NCBI GenBank assembly: GCA_964016885.1
Contig: OZ024743.1
Coordinates: forward strand, 179,366,001 to 179,430,000
Direction of reading: 5' to 3'
Source: Eledone cirrhosa
Lineage: Eukaryota
DNA: 64,000 nt
The notes beneath the pieces are model-generated. The model saw only the letters and a program-made list of their open reading frames with translations. It was not told the DNA's origin and did no database searches. Shown piece by piece: positions 1 to 12,085 of the stretch (its first letter is position 1; each line of letters opens with the position of its first letter). The translations under genes and the position numbers were made by a program.

Positions 1-303
1 TTGTCGGACTCAGAGGGAGAGAACTTGGAAAGTTCATATAGTAGAAGGAAACTGTATATGTCTGTAATATATATCAATAAATACATGAATAACTAGATAT
101 GCACACTCACACACACGCACACACATATATATATATACATACGCACACTCTCACACACACATACACACACACATATACACACACTCAGACACACAATCCT
201 TTCAACTTTGCTCAGATTAGTGGATTGTGCTTTTTACGTGTAGAAAACGGGGTTAATTGAAATCTTAACCAATATAATTTGCTGACATTTTAATTATCTA
301 AAT

Positions 304-390
304 TCTTCTTCTTCTTCTTCTTCTTCTTCTTCTTCTTCTTCTTCTTCTTCTTCTTCTTCTTCTTCTTCTTCTTCGTCTTCTTCTTCTTCA
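304..390. repeat. (CTT)n microsatellite, probably the 3' tail of the adjacent minus-strand retroelement fragment
   Basis: Tandem ctt array directly abutting dispersed repeat 391-520. Confidence 0.85.
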
Positions 391-520
391 GAGGCTCGTG
401 GATGCAGTGTCCTCAACAATTATTTTCAGTAGGTCCTGTCAGAAGCAACCGTCTCTGATTGATCCGGTTGGATCTCCGAACAAGACTAGCTAAACTCATG
501 GATCTTCTTTTTAATTTATT
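391..520 (-). mobile_element. Dispersed repeat fragment (retroposon 3' end); second copy at about 22870-22955
   Basis: ggtcctgtcagaagcaaccgtctc..tgatc.ggtt.gatc shared with 22880-22922; simple-repeat tail on left. Confidence 0.5.
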
Positions 521-829
521 CCGCTAGTTCAAGTTTTTGTTATAAATAAATAATCCTTCACAAAGAAAGATCGGTTCTGTTAGTTCAGATATTTATCTAT
601 ATTTACCAATATTTACGTAAAGAAACCTTACCTAGAAGATGAAGAAATATACATATCCAATGCTAATGCACATTTGCCAAAATTATACATTCTTTTATCT
701 TATGTTCAAGAAAAAATTCATTAAAATTTAGTCAATGCGAAATTGTGAGATAAATGGATTTCTACATGAGATTGTTGTGGAGGCAGCATTTTAGAATTGA
801 AAAGATACGCATTTTGCACTCATTAGATC

Positions 830-1100
830 CCGGTTTTGATAGCATGGCTGGGGTGATCTTGGACAGGTATTACTTAATCTAACCTTGGATCAACCCATGC
901 TTTCAGACAGATATTGGGCAGACAGCATCTGTTTGGAAGCTCGTCAGATTGACTGTACCTCTAGTTCACATGATCAGCATTATCACACATTTTGTTATGC
1001 TTAATAGCACTGGCAATTCACGGAATGCTAAGCCACTTAGTCGTTAATTTCATAAGCATGCTTTTTATTTGCTTCAACAGCTGGAACACTGACCATCGAA
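830..1100 (+). mobile_element. Decayed SINE with Nin-domain-like segment
   Basis: ggaatgctaagccacttagtcgttaatttcataagcatgct resembles the Nin-domain SINE body as recalled; highly diverged. Confidence 0.35.
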
Positions 1101-1106
1101 ACTAGC

Positions 1107-1210
<104 letters not shown>

Positions 1211-1221
1211 TTATATATATA

Positions 1222-1385
1222 TAAGAAGAAAAAATGGCTTCACTTGTGCTTTCAACAAATTTATTTTCTTCACAAAATCCAAAAAGAATTTTTCTTAAAA
1301 AAAAGTATTTTATGAATTAAGTTGTTGGTTGTTGGTTAGGTCTTAGGAGTTCTTGGTTAACGTAGGAGGTATTGTTTCGCTTTAA
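1222..1385 (-). mobile_element. Solo pLTR 3' fragment of the PLE family at 31258-33613
   Basis: Near-identical to 31268-31455 (gaagaaaaaatggcttcacttgtgctttcaacaaat...gttaggtcttaggagttcttggttaacgtaggagg); flanked by (TA)n both sides. Confidence 0.85.
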
Positions 1386-1462
<77 letters not shown>

Positions 1463-1939
1463 TAAACGGAATAGAAAATGCTGACAAATTGTTCACAGTT
1501 GAAAAATGGTTTAATTAGGAATAAAAGAGTATTAGTGATTGTATGGGTTAGTATTCAGTTGTGGTTTTAAGTTTTTAAGTTTTTACCGGTTGCGCATTTC
1601 TAAATGCTTTTCAAAAATAATTTTGAGATAGAGTGTCCGTGCTGTTTGCTCTGATCTGATTAGTTTTGGGAATTCTACCTGTTTTTATGTTAAAAAAATG
1701 GCTCCAGCGTTATTTTTGTGTTGCAAAAATGCTTGTGGTCAAAACAATTTTGATTGGTCGGTAGAGGTCATGTGAATGTAAAAAGTTGATTTTGCGCCAA
1801 GACTGTTTTTATGTTAAAATGTTAGAAAAGTGGCTCCAGCAAAAATTATTGGTCAAAACAATTTTGATTGGTCGGTAGAGGTCATGTGGATAAAAAATTG
1901 GTTTTGCGCCAAGATTGAGAAATGACTCTTTCACAACAA

Positions 1940-1991
<52 letters not shown>

Positions 1992-2060
1992 TAGTAGTAG
2001 TAAGGTGTTCGATGCTGCGACAATAGCCACCAGCGATGTGTGTCAAATGGCTATTAAGAT

Positions 2061-2096
<36 letters not shown>

Positions 2097-2162
2097 ACAT
2101 ACACACAGCAGAGTCATTCGAAGGTCAAAAGATATTTTTCAGCTTTTGTCTTATACGGAGAA

Positions 2163-2197
<35 letters not shown>

Positions 2198-2252
2198 AGT
2201 CTCTTTGTATGTTGATGTACGCGTGTGTATGTGTTTGTGTATATATGTGTGT

Positions 2253-3065
2253 ATTCCCTACAACTTAGCCAAGAGAATCTGTACTATAGTCTCCAATAAA
2301 AACATCTGCTACTTACGGCTGCAAGAACTAAAGGACACACTCATAGGCAGGGACTACCCTGCATCACTAATTGACAATGGAATCCAACGTGCCCTAAAAC
2401 TCAGTACCCAGGACCTTAGACACCCTAAAGTAAATCAACCAAAACTAAAAGCTCTTCCATACATCTCCACACACAACCCCCTCAACAACGAGGCCTTTGA
2501 CACCATCCTCCAGAACATCCCTGTATTGAAAAAGGACCATAGAATGAACCAAATTCTACGAACACACGATATCATAAAGAGCAAAAGACAATCCAAGTCA
2601 ATGAAAAACATCTTAACACATGCCAAAGTACTGCCAACCACAACAACGAAACCCACAGTAAAAAAATGCGATAGACCCAACTGTGGCATTTGCATCAACC
2701 TAATAGAGGGTTCGGAATTCTATTTCAAAGATGGACAACGTTTTATAGTAAAACACAATTTCACATGTGCATCGGAAAATTTAATATATGTATTAACTTG
2801 TTCAGGTTGTCGAGAACAATACATAGGCCAGACCAAAAACAGCCTCCGCCAACGCATGACTGTCCATAGATCCCAAATTAAAATACGGGAATACAGGAAA
2901 ATACCACTGAGTGAACACATTGATACCTGCGCCGCCCAAAATCATCCCAACTTCAGAATCTTTCCCCTCTACAAATTTAAAGATAATGCCACCCACACCC
3001 AGCGCATCAGCAAGGAATCTTACTTCATTAACAAATACGGACCCCGTCTAAACACTTCTCCCTAA
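2253..3065 (+). CDS. PLE ORF C-terminus: RT thumb, Cys linker, GIY-YIG endonuclease (5'-truncated, frame intact)
   Basis: IPYNLAKRICTI..RDYPASLID thumb; KCDRPNCGIC linker; NLIYVLTCSGCREQYIGQT..RQRMTVHR..KESYFINKYGPRLN. The first 16 aa of the ORF-track entry are inverted pLTR microsatellite. Confidence 0.93.
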   Translation: MPYNLAKRICTIVSNKNICYLRLQELKDTLIGRDYPASLIDNGIQRALKLSTQDLRHPKVNQPKLKALPYISTHNPLNNEAFDTILQNIPVLKKDHRMNQILRTHDIIKSKRQSKSMKNILTHAKVLPTTTTKPTVKKCDRPNCGICINLIEGSEFYFKDGQRFIVKHNFTCASENLIYVLTCSGCREQYIGQTKNSLRQRMTVHRSQIKIREYRKIPLSEHIDTCAAQNHPNFRIFPLYKFKDNATHTQRISKESYFINKYGPRLNTSP

Positions 3066-3574
3066 GACGAACCCACAACATACACACGTCAACATACATA
3101 CCTACATCAGCACACATCTCTACCCACATATAAACACAATGACACACGTAAACACACATGCTCTATGGTGCAATACAAAAAAAATATATGTGCATATATA
3201 TGTATGTATATATGTATATATATATATGTATATGTAGTGAAAATATATATGTGTGTGTGTGTGTGTATATATATATAGTGAATATCATTTCACACCTTTT
3301 ATTGTTAAGATTGTTGATGTTCTATTAAGAGAACCGATTTTACTGAAAAAATCGAATAATGTACACCATTTTACCAGGGGGGAAAAAAATACTGGTCCAC
3401 CCACACACGCACACACACACACACACACATATATACACAAACACATACACACGCGTACATCAACATACAAAGAGACTTATACACACACACACACACACAC
3501 ACACGCACTTCTCCGTATAAGACAAAAGCTGAAAAATATCTTTTGACCTTCGAATGACTCTGCTGTGTGTATGT

Positions 3575-3626
<52 letters not shown>

Positions 3627-3695
3627 ATCTTAATAGCCATTTGACACACATCGCTGGTGGCTATTGTCGCAGCATCGAACACCTTACTACTACTA

Positions 3696-3745
<50 letters not shown>

Positions 3746-4070
3746 TTGTTGTGAAAGAGTCATTTCTCAATCTTGGCGCAAAACCAATTTTTTATCCACA
3801 TGACCTCTACCGACCAATCAAAATTGTTTTGACCAATAATTTTTGCTGGAGCCACTTTTCTAACATTTTAACATAAAAACAGTCTTGGCGCAAAATCAAC
3901 TTTTTACATTCACATGACCTCTACCGACCAATCAAAATTGTTTTGACCACAAGCATTTTTGCAACACAAAAATAACGCTGGAGCCATTTTTTTAACATAA
4001 AAACAGGTAGAATTCCCAAAACTAATCAGATCAGAGCAAACAGCACGGACACTCTATCTCAAAATTATTT

Positions 4071-4105
4071 TTGAAAAGCATTTAGAAATGCGTAACAGGT
4101 AAAAA
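4071..4105 (+). ncRNA. Hammerhead-like motif (U3:A8 variant, degenerate) in pLTR; better copies at 1581-1617(-) and 59331-59366(+)
   Basis: ttt-UUGAAAA-GCAUU..AAUGC-GCAA-CCGG-UA-aaa in the other two copies (GUAA-CAGG here). Confidence 0.55.
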
Positions 4106-4261
4106 CTTAAAAACTTAAAACCACAACTGAATACTAACCCATACAATCACTAATACTCTTTTATTCCTAATTAAACCATTTTTCAACTGTGAACAATTTG
4201 TCAGCATTTTCTATTCCGTTTACCAATATATAATAACTTGTGTGTTACACCTCTATTCTTT

Positions 4262-4335
<74 letters not shown>

Positions 4336-4338
<3 letters not shown>

Positions 4339-4866
4339 GCTAACAAAATATCGTTATAGCTAATCTAGTTAGAGGTTGTGAATACTTCGTATTATGGATA
4401 GTTTTAGCGTATGGTGTTGTTTGACTCAACAAGGGGTTTACGTAGGTGGCGAGTTTATGATTTCACTTGTATTCCTATGTAAGTTTATCTTGGAGTAATA
4501 AAATTGAAAAAGTGAAGAATAACATGGTCAAAAGTACAAAAAAGGGTTTTATTTGCAGTCTGACAATTGTTTCACTGATTAAGTTGTCTAAAAATTACTG
4601 AAGCAGTGCCACTCAATTTCAAATACGTTGTTAGCTTAACCAGATCATCGCAGATAACTTTATGATTAATGTTATTAATGATGCTGTAATTTGAATTCGT
4701 AAAATACCGGAAATATAACAGTTGTCTCCGATAATCTGGTTAAGCTAACAACGTATTTGAAATTGAGTGGCACTGCAATTTTTAGACAACTTAATCAGTG
4801 AAACAATTGTCAGACTGTAAATAAAACCCTTTTTTGTACTGTTTACCATGTTATTCTTCACTTTTT
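4336..4866. mobile_element. Fold-back pLTR-derived element: arms 4507-4659 and 4720-4866, extension 4336-4506
   Basis: About 150-bp inverted repeat between (TA)n tracts; HHR motif followed by AATAAA in each arm. Confidence 0.8.
4724..4815 (+). ncRNA. Type I hammerhead-like motif with long stem II insertion (CCGAUGA consensus core)
   Basis: gtct-CCGATAA-t-ctggttaag..cttaatcag-t-GAAA-caattg-TC-agac; opposite arm reads GCGATGA. Confidence 0.6.
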
Positions 4867-4867
4867 G

Positions 4868-4934
<67 letters not shown>

Positions 4935-4935
4935 C

Positions 4936-4993
4936 TGCCTGAATGAAAGCGCACAATCTAAGTTACAGGCCGGATTGGAAACCATTAGTAGCA
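4936..4993 (+). ncRNA. Degenerate hammerhead-like motif
   Basis: tgc-CTGAATGA..caatct/ggattg-GAAA-ccattag-TA-gca; extra base in core, imperfect stem III. Confidence 0.35.
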
Positions 4994-5047
4994 ACAAAAC
5001 TGTGTTGAAGATAACTACGTTATGATATTCATATATATATATATATG

Positions 5048-5222
5048 TAGGAAAATGTATGACCCCGACGGCAGAGCACAAGCCGTTTCGACATAGCCGT
5101 CGAAACGGCTTGAGCTTTGCCGTCGGGTGTCATACATTTTCCTATTACCCACTCTACTACCCTAAGTATTGAGTACTCTGGTGCGTTATGTTCCACCTGG
5201 TTCCTTACCACAACTCATTCAT
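5048..5222 (+). mobile_element. Family A palindromic mini-element (half-hammerhead) with 3' tail
   Basis: Inverted arms 5048-5092 and 5099-5144; tail actctactaccctaagtattgagtactc; other copies at 33744, 33855, 54437, 56403, 14430. Confidence 0.85.
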
Positions 5223-5689
5223 TATATATATATATATGTATTTATATATAGAGAGAGGATTGTGTATGTGTGTGTGTATGTGTATATATATTAATGTATA
5301 TATATATATATATATATTATATGTATGTATATGTATAAATATATATATTTATGTATATATGTATGGAAAGATGTGCATGTGTATATATATTTATACGTTA
5401 TTTCTGAGTACCTATGTGAATGTACGCCTGCGTGTGCGCATATGTGAGCATAGATCACACGTCTATATGTGTGTATTTGGATTTCCATGTAGACGCACTT
5501 ATACTTATGTGTGAATGTATACTTTTACGTACTATTTCGTATATGCGTGAGTTTGAGTATGTGTATATTTATGTTTTGGCTATTTATTCATATATTTTTC
5601 CCGCTCAATGTTTTGCCCGTTATATTATTTCAGCCTCACTTTCATTCATCCTAAATTCTGTTTTCAAATCCATATTAAATAAATATTTC

Positions 5690-5831
5690 ATATTATTTTT
5701 CTGATGAATGAGGACCAAGAAACCACTGGTAAATGAAATAATTATCTTATGTTGTTTATTACATAATTAAAAAGCTCTGTAGCCTACATAGAGCACTCTC
5801 TTTTCCTTTACTATTCCTACGGAAATACTTC

Positions 5832-5835
<4 letters not shown>
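5690..5835 (+). mobile_element. pLTR 3' end with hammerhead motif (5701-5737) and tail; same family as Nematis-type PLE end at 50042-50135
   Basis: CTGATGA..GAAA-ccactgg-TA-aatgaaataattatcttatgttgtttattacat matches reverse complement of 50047-50092. Confidence 0.7.
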
Positions 5836-5881
<46 letters not shown>

Positions 5882-6355
5882 ATATATAATTAAAATTAAA
5901 ATATATATGTATATAGAAAGAGAGAGAAAGAACAATATATCGTTCGAGAAAAAGATAGTATTTTGCACACATATAAAATATATAATATTCAGGAAAAATA
6001 CATATTTTGAGGTAGAAAAACCATTATCAAAGTATGTAGTTTTCATAAATATTATGTCTTTTATATAAGAATATTTCAAAAACATTTCTCAGAACACGGG
6101 AAATATCAGCAGGTAGTTTTAAATAATCTATGCACTTCTAATAGTTTTATGTCGGTAAACTTGTTATCGTATTCCACACTTCCTTTCAATTATTCATTTC
6201 ACTTTGTTGAAATGCCGTTACTTTAAACATCGGGTTTCTTTTCAGTTAGAAGTGTTCTTGAAATTTTTCCCATATTGAGATTATTCAGTATATATGTGAA
6301 TATAATTTTATACTGAACATACGCATATAAAGTTCCACATACACGCCCCTCCCCC

Positions 6356-6399
<44 letters not shown>

Positions 6400-6651
6400 A
6401 TTTTAAAGGCTTTTCATTTCATTTAACTTAAATCTACTTCCATAGAAGCAATTCTATCCGATCGAGTTTAAGTCTCTGATAGGGTTACTCCCATGATAAT
6501 GGGTTTTTAAACCAAATATTTGGAATCGTTAAATTTACTCAGGTAAGATTCCTTTGTTATCTTGGCAATTTAACATTCTTCATACGCATTGTTTTGTCTT
6601 CAAAATTGAAATTTGTGTTTTCTATTAAACAATGCTTCAAGCAAGCTACTG

Positions 6652-6705
<54 letters not shown>

Positions 6706-6842
6706 CCGTATGTTCTTGTCCAATGACCTGGTTACAATCAAGCTAAGCTCCAACGAAACAGTACTTAATATTTTAATATTTAGCCTTATTAAAATGAATA
6801 TATATATATGTGTATAATTTATATTAGTGTATTTACGTTGTT

Positions 6843-6927
<85 letters not shown>

Positions 6928-8185
6928 CTTAGGTTCAAATATTGTTTTTTTAAATTAATTATGTTTTTGTATGTGACGTTACCGTGGGGATGAGAATGTA
7001 TCAAGCAAAAGTGTTTATAATGTTGATGTGTTCGTAAGAGTTGGGTGTATGTGAGGGCATAATTGTGTTATTCTGTGCGTATGAAACTGGGGGCAGAGAC
7101 GATATATCTACATGTATGTTTGGTGCATACATTTGTTAGTATGTACAAAAATGTGTTGTGTTAGCTCCTGTGTATTTATGCATTTTTGTATGTGAGAGAA
7201 TGTTGTATATATGTGTGCTAACTGTTATGGTATTTGTATGAATATAAATCAGAGATATAAACGTACGTGTCAAGTATGTGTATATATATGTTAGTTGTGT
7301 ATACGGGAGAAAAGCATTAACGTGGTTATATGAGATCATTTCTATTATTCGTTCCATTTGAGATACACAATTCTTTTCTCAGGGGACACTACATATCGGT
7401 AGTTCAATGTTTGAGATGAGACAGGAAACTGATACCTGATGCGGTAGGAGCTGCCGAACCAAACTTCATGCACAAATTACTCTATTACTCTGTCACATGT
7501 TCCAGTGGAGAGGCTGAGCTCTGCTGGGGCACATCTATAGATGACACACTTTCTATTGCCAACCATCCGTTTGTTGCTGCTGCTCTTATATATAATCATT
7601 TCATTTTGATATTTTACCAGTTGTAGTTCTTGGACTTCGAGACCACGCTAACGTTATAGTATTTCACATTGATCTCCAGATAGACTTTCACGTCCGGCCC
7701 TCATCTAATCGATCTAAGCCACAAACTCGATGGACATAAAGAGACTTTAATGCAAACAGAGGCAGATCCGTATATACACATACTTTCACTCATATGTGTA
7801 CAAATCTGTATTTATATATATATTTACGTTGTTTATATATATATAGATTTGTGTGTTGAACAATGAATACAAAACGCTAAACTTAGTACTTATTCAGTTC
7901 ATTGTTTTACGACCGTTTCAGAGGGAAGATAGATCATGATATATCGATAGAGTGACTAATCGATAGTAGTTATATAACTCCAGAATATTAGTCTCGATAC
8001 TATATTTCTTATAGCAGTCAGTCCATAGGACGAGTTCGGTATAGAGTTAGTTCCACAACAAATATATATATATATGAGAGAGTGCGGGGAGGGGGGGGGG
8101 GGTTATAATCTTTACTATATTTGTGGAGATCAGTGTCTTTATCATCGTGAGAATCACATGCCAGTTTGTATGTGTTTGTGTGGAC

Positions 8186-8362
8186 ACCGTGTCTACGTGT
8201 GATTGTATGTGTATGTATGGACATCATGTCTACATGTGACTGTATATGTGTGTGGCGACAACATGTCTACGTGTGACTGTATGTGTGTGTGCAGCGTGTC
8301 TACATGTGACTGTATGGGTATATGTGTTCAGAATATCTATGTGTGATTGTATGTGTGTGTGC
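8186..8362. repeat. Degenerate tandem repeat of about 30-40 bp (tgtctacRtgtgaYtgtatgtgtg)
   Basis: About five imperfect copies. Confidence 0.6.
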
Positions 8363-9900
8363 ATATCTCCATGCTTATATTTATTTGAATGATTTAGACA
8401 ATAGCTAACTTATGCGTGATGTTATAAAGCTACACAAATAGTTATATATCTTAAATACGTAATTCTATGTTCCATTATTATAATGTGGCAAAAGAATTGT
8501 TCAAATGCCAAGCGTAGCGTAGCAGTCTCATTCACTCAATGATTTATATCAGATATCGAAGTAACCTAGTAAAGAAGGCTTTACAACCAACCATCCTAAA
8601 CAGAATATATTAAAGACTGAGTTTCCAACCAGTATTTGCAGTGAATATGAAACTGACAGTGGTTCTGTAAGCTATAATCATGGTACAGTATTTCAAATTA
8701 TGACTGCCAAGTTGCGAAATGCTGCACGTTTCCTGTTTACACAGTCCGACATTTCAATATGTCATATCTTATCTATTTGCCGTGCATTATTTAGGATGTC
8801 ATGATAATATATATCTGACGTCTTTCATTCTAAAAATCGTCTAGTTTTTGTTGCATTATATTATCATATCGAATCGTCAAATTTGAAACTTTTAAAAGTA
8901 AATCACAGTTACAGATATCCATTCTTTTCTTTAAGTATCGATTGTCTTTAGTGTACACTACATCAAGTAGTCTCCTTCTCAGAGAGATTCTAGAAGCAGG
9001 GGTCCACAGAATGAGAGTTAATTATTTGTTTTTGATAAGAAAGAGAATGTCTATAATTTCTCTTTAATGATACTTCAGAAATATTGAAGGAATAATTCTT
9101 TTATAATCAGTAGTATTTCATGTGATTTGAGCTAGGGGGAGGCAAATATGGTGTTTAAGTCAATATAATAGTTATTGATTGGTCACAGTGTCTATAGAAA
9201 ACCACTCTTCATATTAGACAGAAATCTTGCAGAGGCACCTAATTGGAAAGCCAACAAATTTTGGATACAATATAACTTCAAATCTTAAAACTTTTTTTTC
9301 GTTAATATATCTCATAGATTCTTAAACTTCAAGCTATTCAACTTGATGAATTACCGACTTCCAGTTTGAAAAGTCAACATTTCTTAATCTAGCGTCAGCA
9401 CTTTGATGTATTTGTGGCAAGAAAACCATAACTTAATAAAACTGAATTTACTTAGCCCCCCCCCCCGCAGTATGTAGATATTATAGTTGTAATTAAAGTA
9501 TAAATTTCTCAACTGGATAATTAAGCAGTGTTTTGTGATATTACACCGTTGGCATAACATACATAAGTCTCAAGAAAGAACCTCATTAAAGTTGATTGAT
9601 TGAAAACTATGTATGTGTATATGTATGTATATGTGTATGTGCATGTATGTATATGAATGTATATGTGCATGTATGTGTATGTATGCATGTGTATATATGT
9701 ATATATGAATGTATGTGTGTATATATATATATATGTGTGTGTGTGTATGTATGTATATATATATAGTATATATATATACAAATATTTTTATAGGAAAAAA
9801 ACTATGAATTGTGACAATGAAAACAAGACGCGTGTAACTCAACATCTTAAATTGCATAAAGCGAGTTTCAACAATACCACAACTTTATTTTATGTGATAT

Positions 9901-10118
9901 GGAGGGCAGTGAGTTGACAGTATCGGTAGAATGTCGGACGCCATGCTTCGTGGTATAGAGATACGTCACTTTCCGTCCTGAGTTCAAATCCCATTGAGGT
10001 TAGCTTTGCCATTCATCACTACGTTGTCGATAAAATGAAGTACCCGTAAGGCACTGCGGTGGATTTAATCGACATTCTCCTCCCCAGAATTATTTACCCT
10101 GTGCGTATATCAGAAACT
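9901..10118 (+). mobile_element. tRNA-derived SINE (octopus OK/OR-like)
   Basis: A-box-like head, B box gagttcaaatccc, body ctttgcc(t)ttcatc..gtcgataaaatgaagtacc. Confidence 0.8.
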
Positions 10119-10740
10119 TTTTGAATTGACGAGTATTTCTGTTGCTTGGGGTGCCAACTTCGGGTACATGTATGAATTATAGATCCAAATAATTATATAT
10201 TTTTTCATTTAATTGGCCCCTCGGTTAATTTTGATTCAGAACGGTTTACTGAGATTTGTAAAGAAAGCCGGTTTACTGAGATTTGTAAAGAAAGCCGGAG
10301 TAGAACTGTATATTTTTTTAAATACTTAACCATTAAGGAGTCGAAATATCTTATTATAAACGTGTACTATAGAAGGATTAACTTGTCGGTATCCACAATA
10401 GGCTCTGTGTTGAATAACATGTCTTTCATTTACCATAAATCAAATGTAGAATTCAGTATAATGTAGATTGTATAATAGAGTATTCTCTTTGACGAAAGGC
10501 AGCTAACCGTATATCATATCAGTATGATCAATGGAATAATATTTCATCCCTGAATTCATCAAATGGAAATCAGATAGTAGAAAATAATACATTGGAAGTT
10601 TTATATTGAATGAAGGTTATAAAGACGATATAGATGTGTATCATCTAAATCATATTCCACTGACGAGCAATCCTACCTTCTCAGACATAGAACTACCAAC
10701 TATATTAACGTCAGCATAGAAAAAATATCATACGTGGTAA

Positions 10741-10885
10741 GGGGGCAAACGTTTCAGAACGACGGATATAATGCTTTACAGTTTTCGTTTCGGTTCTCTA
10801 CTCTCTGAGTTCAAATTCCCCCGATTTTCGTTTCATTGCTTTCTAGGTCGATAAAAAAAGTACCGGTCTAATAGTGGTATTGATT
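10741..10885 (+). mobile_element. tRNA-SINE, decayed
   Basis: ctgagttcaaattccc..gtcgataaaaaaagtacc. Confidence 0.65.
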
Positions 10886-11922
10886 CTTCTCTATGTCTCT
10901 ATCTCACTTCCACGCTCTATCCTTTTCTGGAGAAAATCGGCTGTATTCAGAGCTGGAGACTAATATCGGGTCTAAAATGACCTAGAAATGCGCATTTCAG
11001 TATGTTTTCCTACGAATTCCCCTGGAGTTACGGGACTAGAGGGAAGAAATATCAGAGAAGTTTCCATGAAAAATTCACCAATTATAAACACAACATTCCC
11101 TATATATTACATGTCAAAGAAACATTCCAGAAATCTGTATATTTGTTCTTCAGTATGCACAATCACAATAAAAATATTATTTCTGAAGTTCCCTTTGATG
11201 TCGCAAAAGTCAAATCAGGGCATATTACTTTAATTATTCTGCACTCAATAGAATCCTATTTTTATACCCGGTCTTTTCATGTGAAGTTATGTTAAATATT
11301 TCACTGGTATATCACATCACTCATTACTTAAAACGCCTTCTAATTAAGGTGAACCGAGATACTTCAAATAATTTCTTTTAAATACAAATCTTGGTGGTAT
11401 TTACACAGTGTCCTACTGAATATCAATCTCCAATTCTCAAACTTATATATTCCTTGATTTCGTCTTAGTCACTGTTGTTTTTGACTATTATGTCATAGAA
11501 TTTAAAGCTCGTTTAAAAGTTTATGTTTGCTTGTATCTCTCCATGGAAGTATTAGAAATTTTCAAACTATATTCTACATTCACTATCAAGTTACGTTCAG
11601 AGTATGAATCTCCTAAGTCGAGGGCTATCGAAGAACAAACTAGGTTCTTTATGGCAGCAACTGTATTATGAGTTACAGTACAAAATCTCTTGTGTGTTAA
11701 ATCTTTCTTTCATACATTTCGAAGTAATAAGATGTTAAACATTTAAAGGTCTGAAATGAGTTATTCATGCGAATATAATTGTTTCATTATTTACGCACTC
11801 TACACATCAATCCATTTTATCTCTCTCGGCATTACATATTAACTTCCTTGATATGTTCACCTTACTTCAGGAGATTAGACCTATAAAGGTAAATTCCTAT
11901 GCGAATAGATTTGCAAGAATTT

Positions 11923-12085
11923 AGGAGGTGGCGAATTGGTAACATTTTTAGAACTTCGGATAGAATGGTTTGCAGTATACGTCTCGGCTCTCTGCTCCCT
12001 GAGTTCAAATATTGTGGAGGTGAACTTTGCCTTTCATCCATTCAATCTCGATAAAAAGTACCAGTCTAGTATTGGGGTTGTTCCC
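11923..12085 (+). mobile_element. tRNA-SINE
   Basis: ggtggcgaattggt..ctgagttcaaat..ctttgcctttcatcc..cgataaaaagtaccagt. Confidence 0.75.

Larger units (their letters stand above)
1458..4265 (+). mobile_element. 5'-truncated Penelope-like element (Neptune-type) with inverted pLTR: arms 1458-2252 and 3423-4228, tail 4229-4265
   Basis: About 800-bp near-perfect inverted repeat flanking a GIY-YIG ORF; (TA)n on both sides. Confidence 0.93.

Noticed and set aside
6470-6530. Additional degenerate hammerhead-like strings (also 6718-6765, 7900-7935 minus, 31440-31475 minus, 42586-42630)
   Set aside because: Two or more core positions or a whole stem missing; cannot be separated from chance by eye
7340-7760. 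Possible highly decayed PLE RT-thumb sequence on the minus strand (SPEKRIVYLKW)
   Set aside because: Only scattered motif resemblance across broken frames; needs a profile search
9901-10118. tRNA genes suggested by A/B boxes
   Set aside because: No cloverleaf; they continue into a shared SINE body
10242-10298. Short tandem duplication cggtttactgagatttgtaaagaaagc
   Set aside because: Isolated slippage duplication with no further structure
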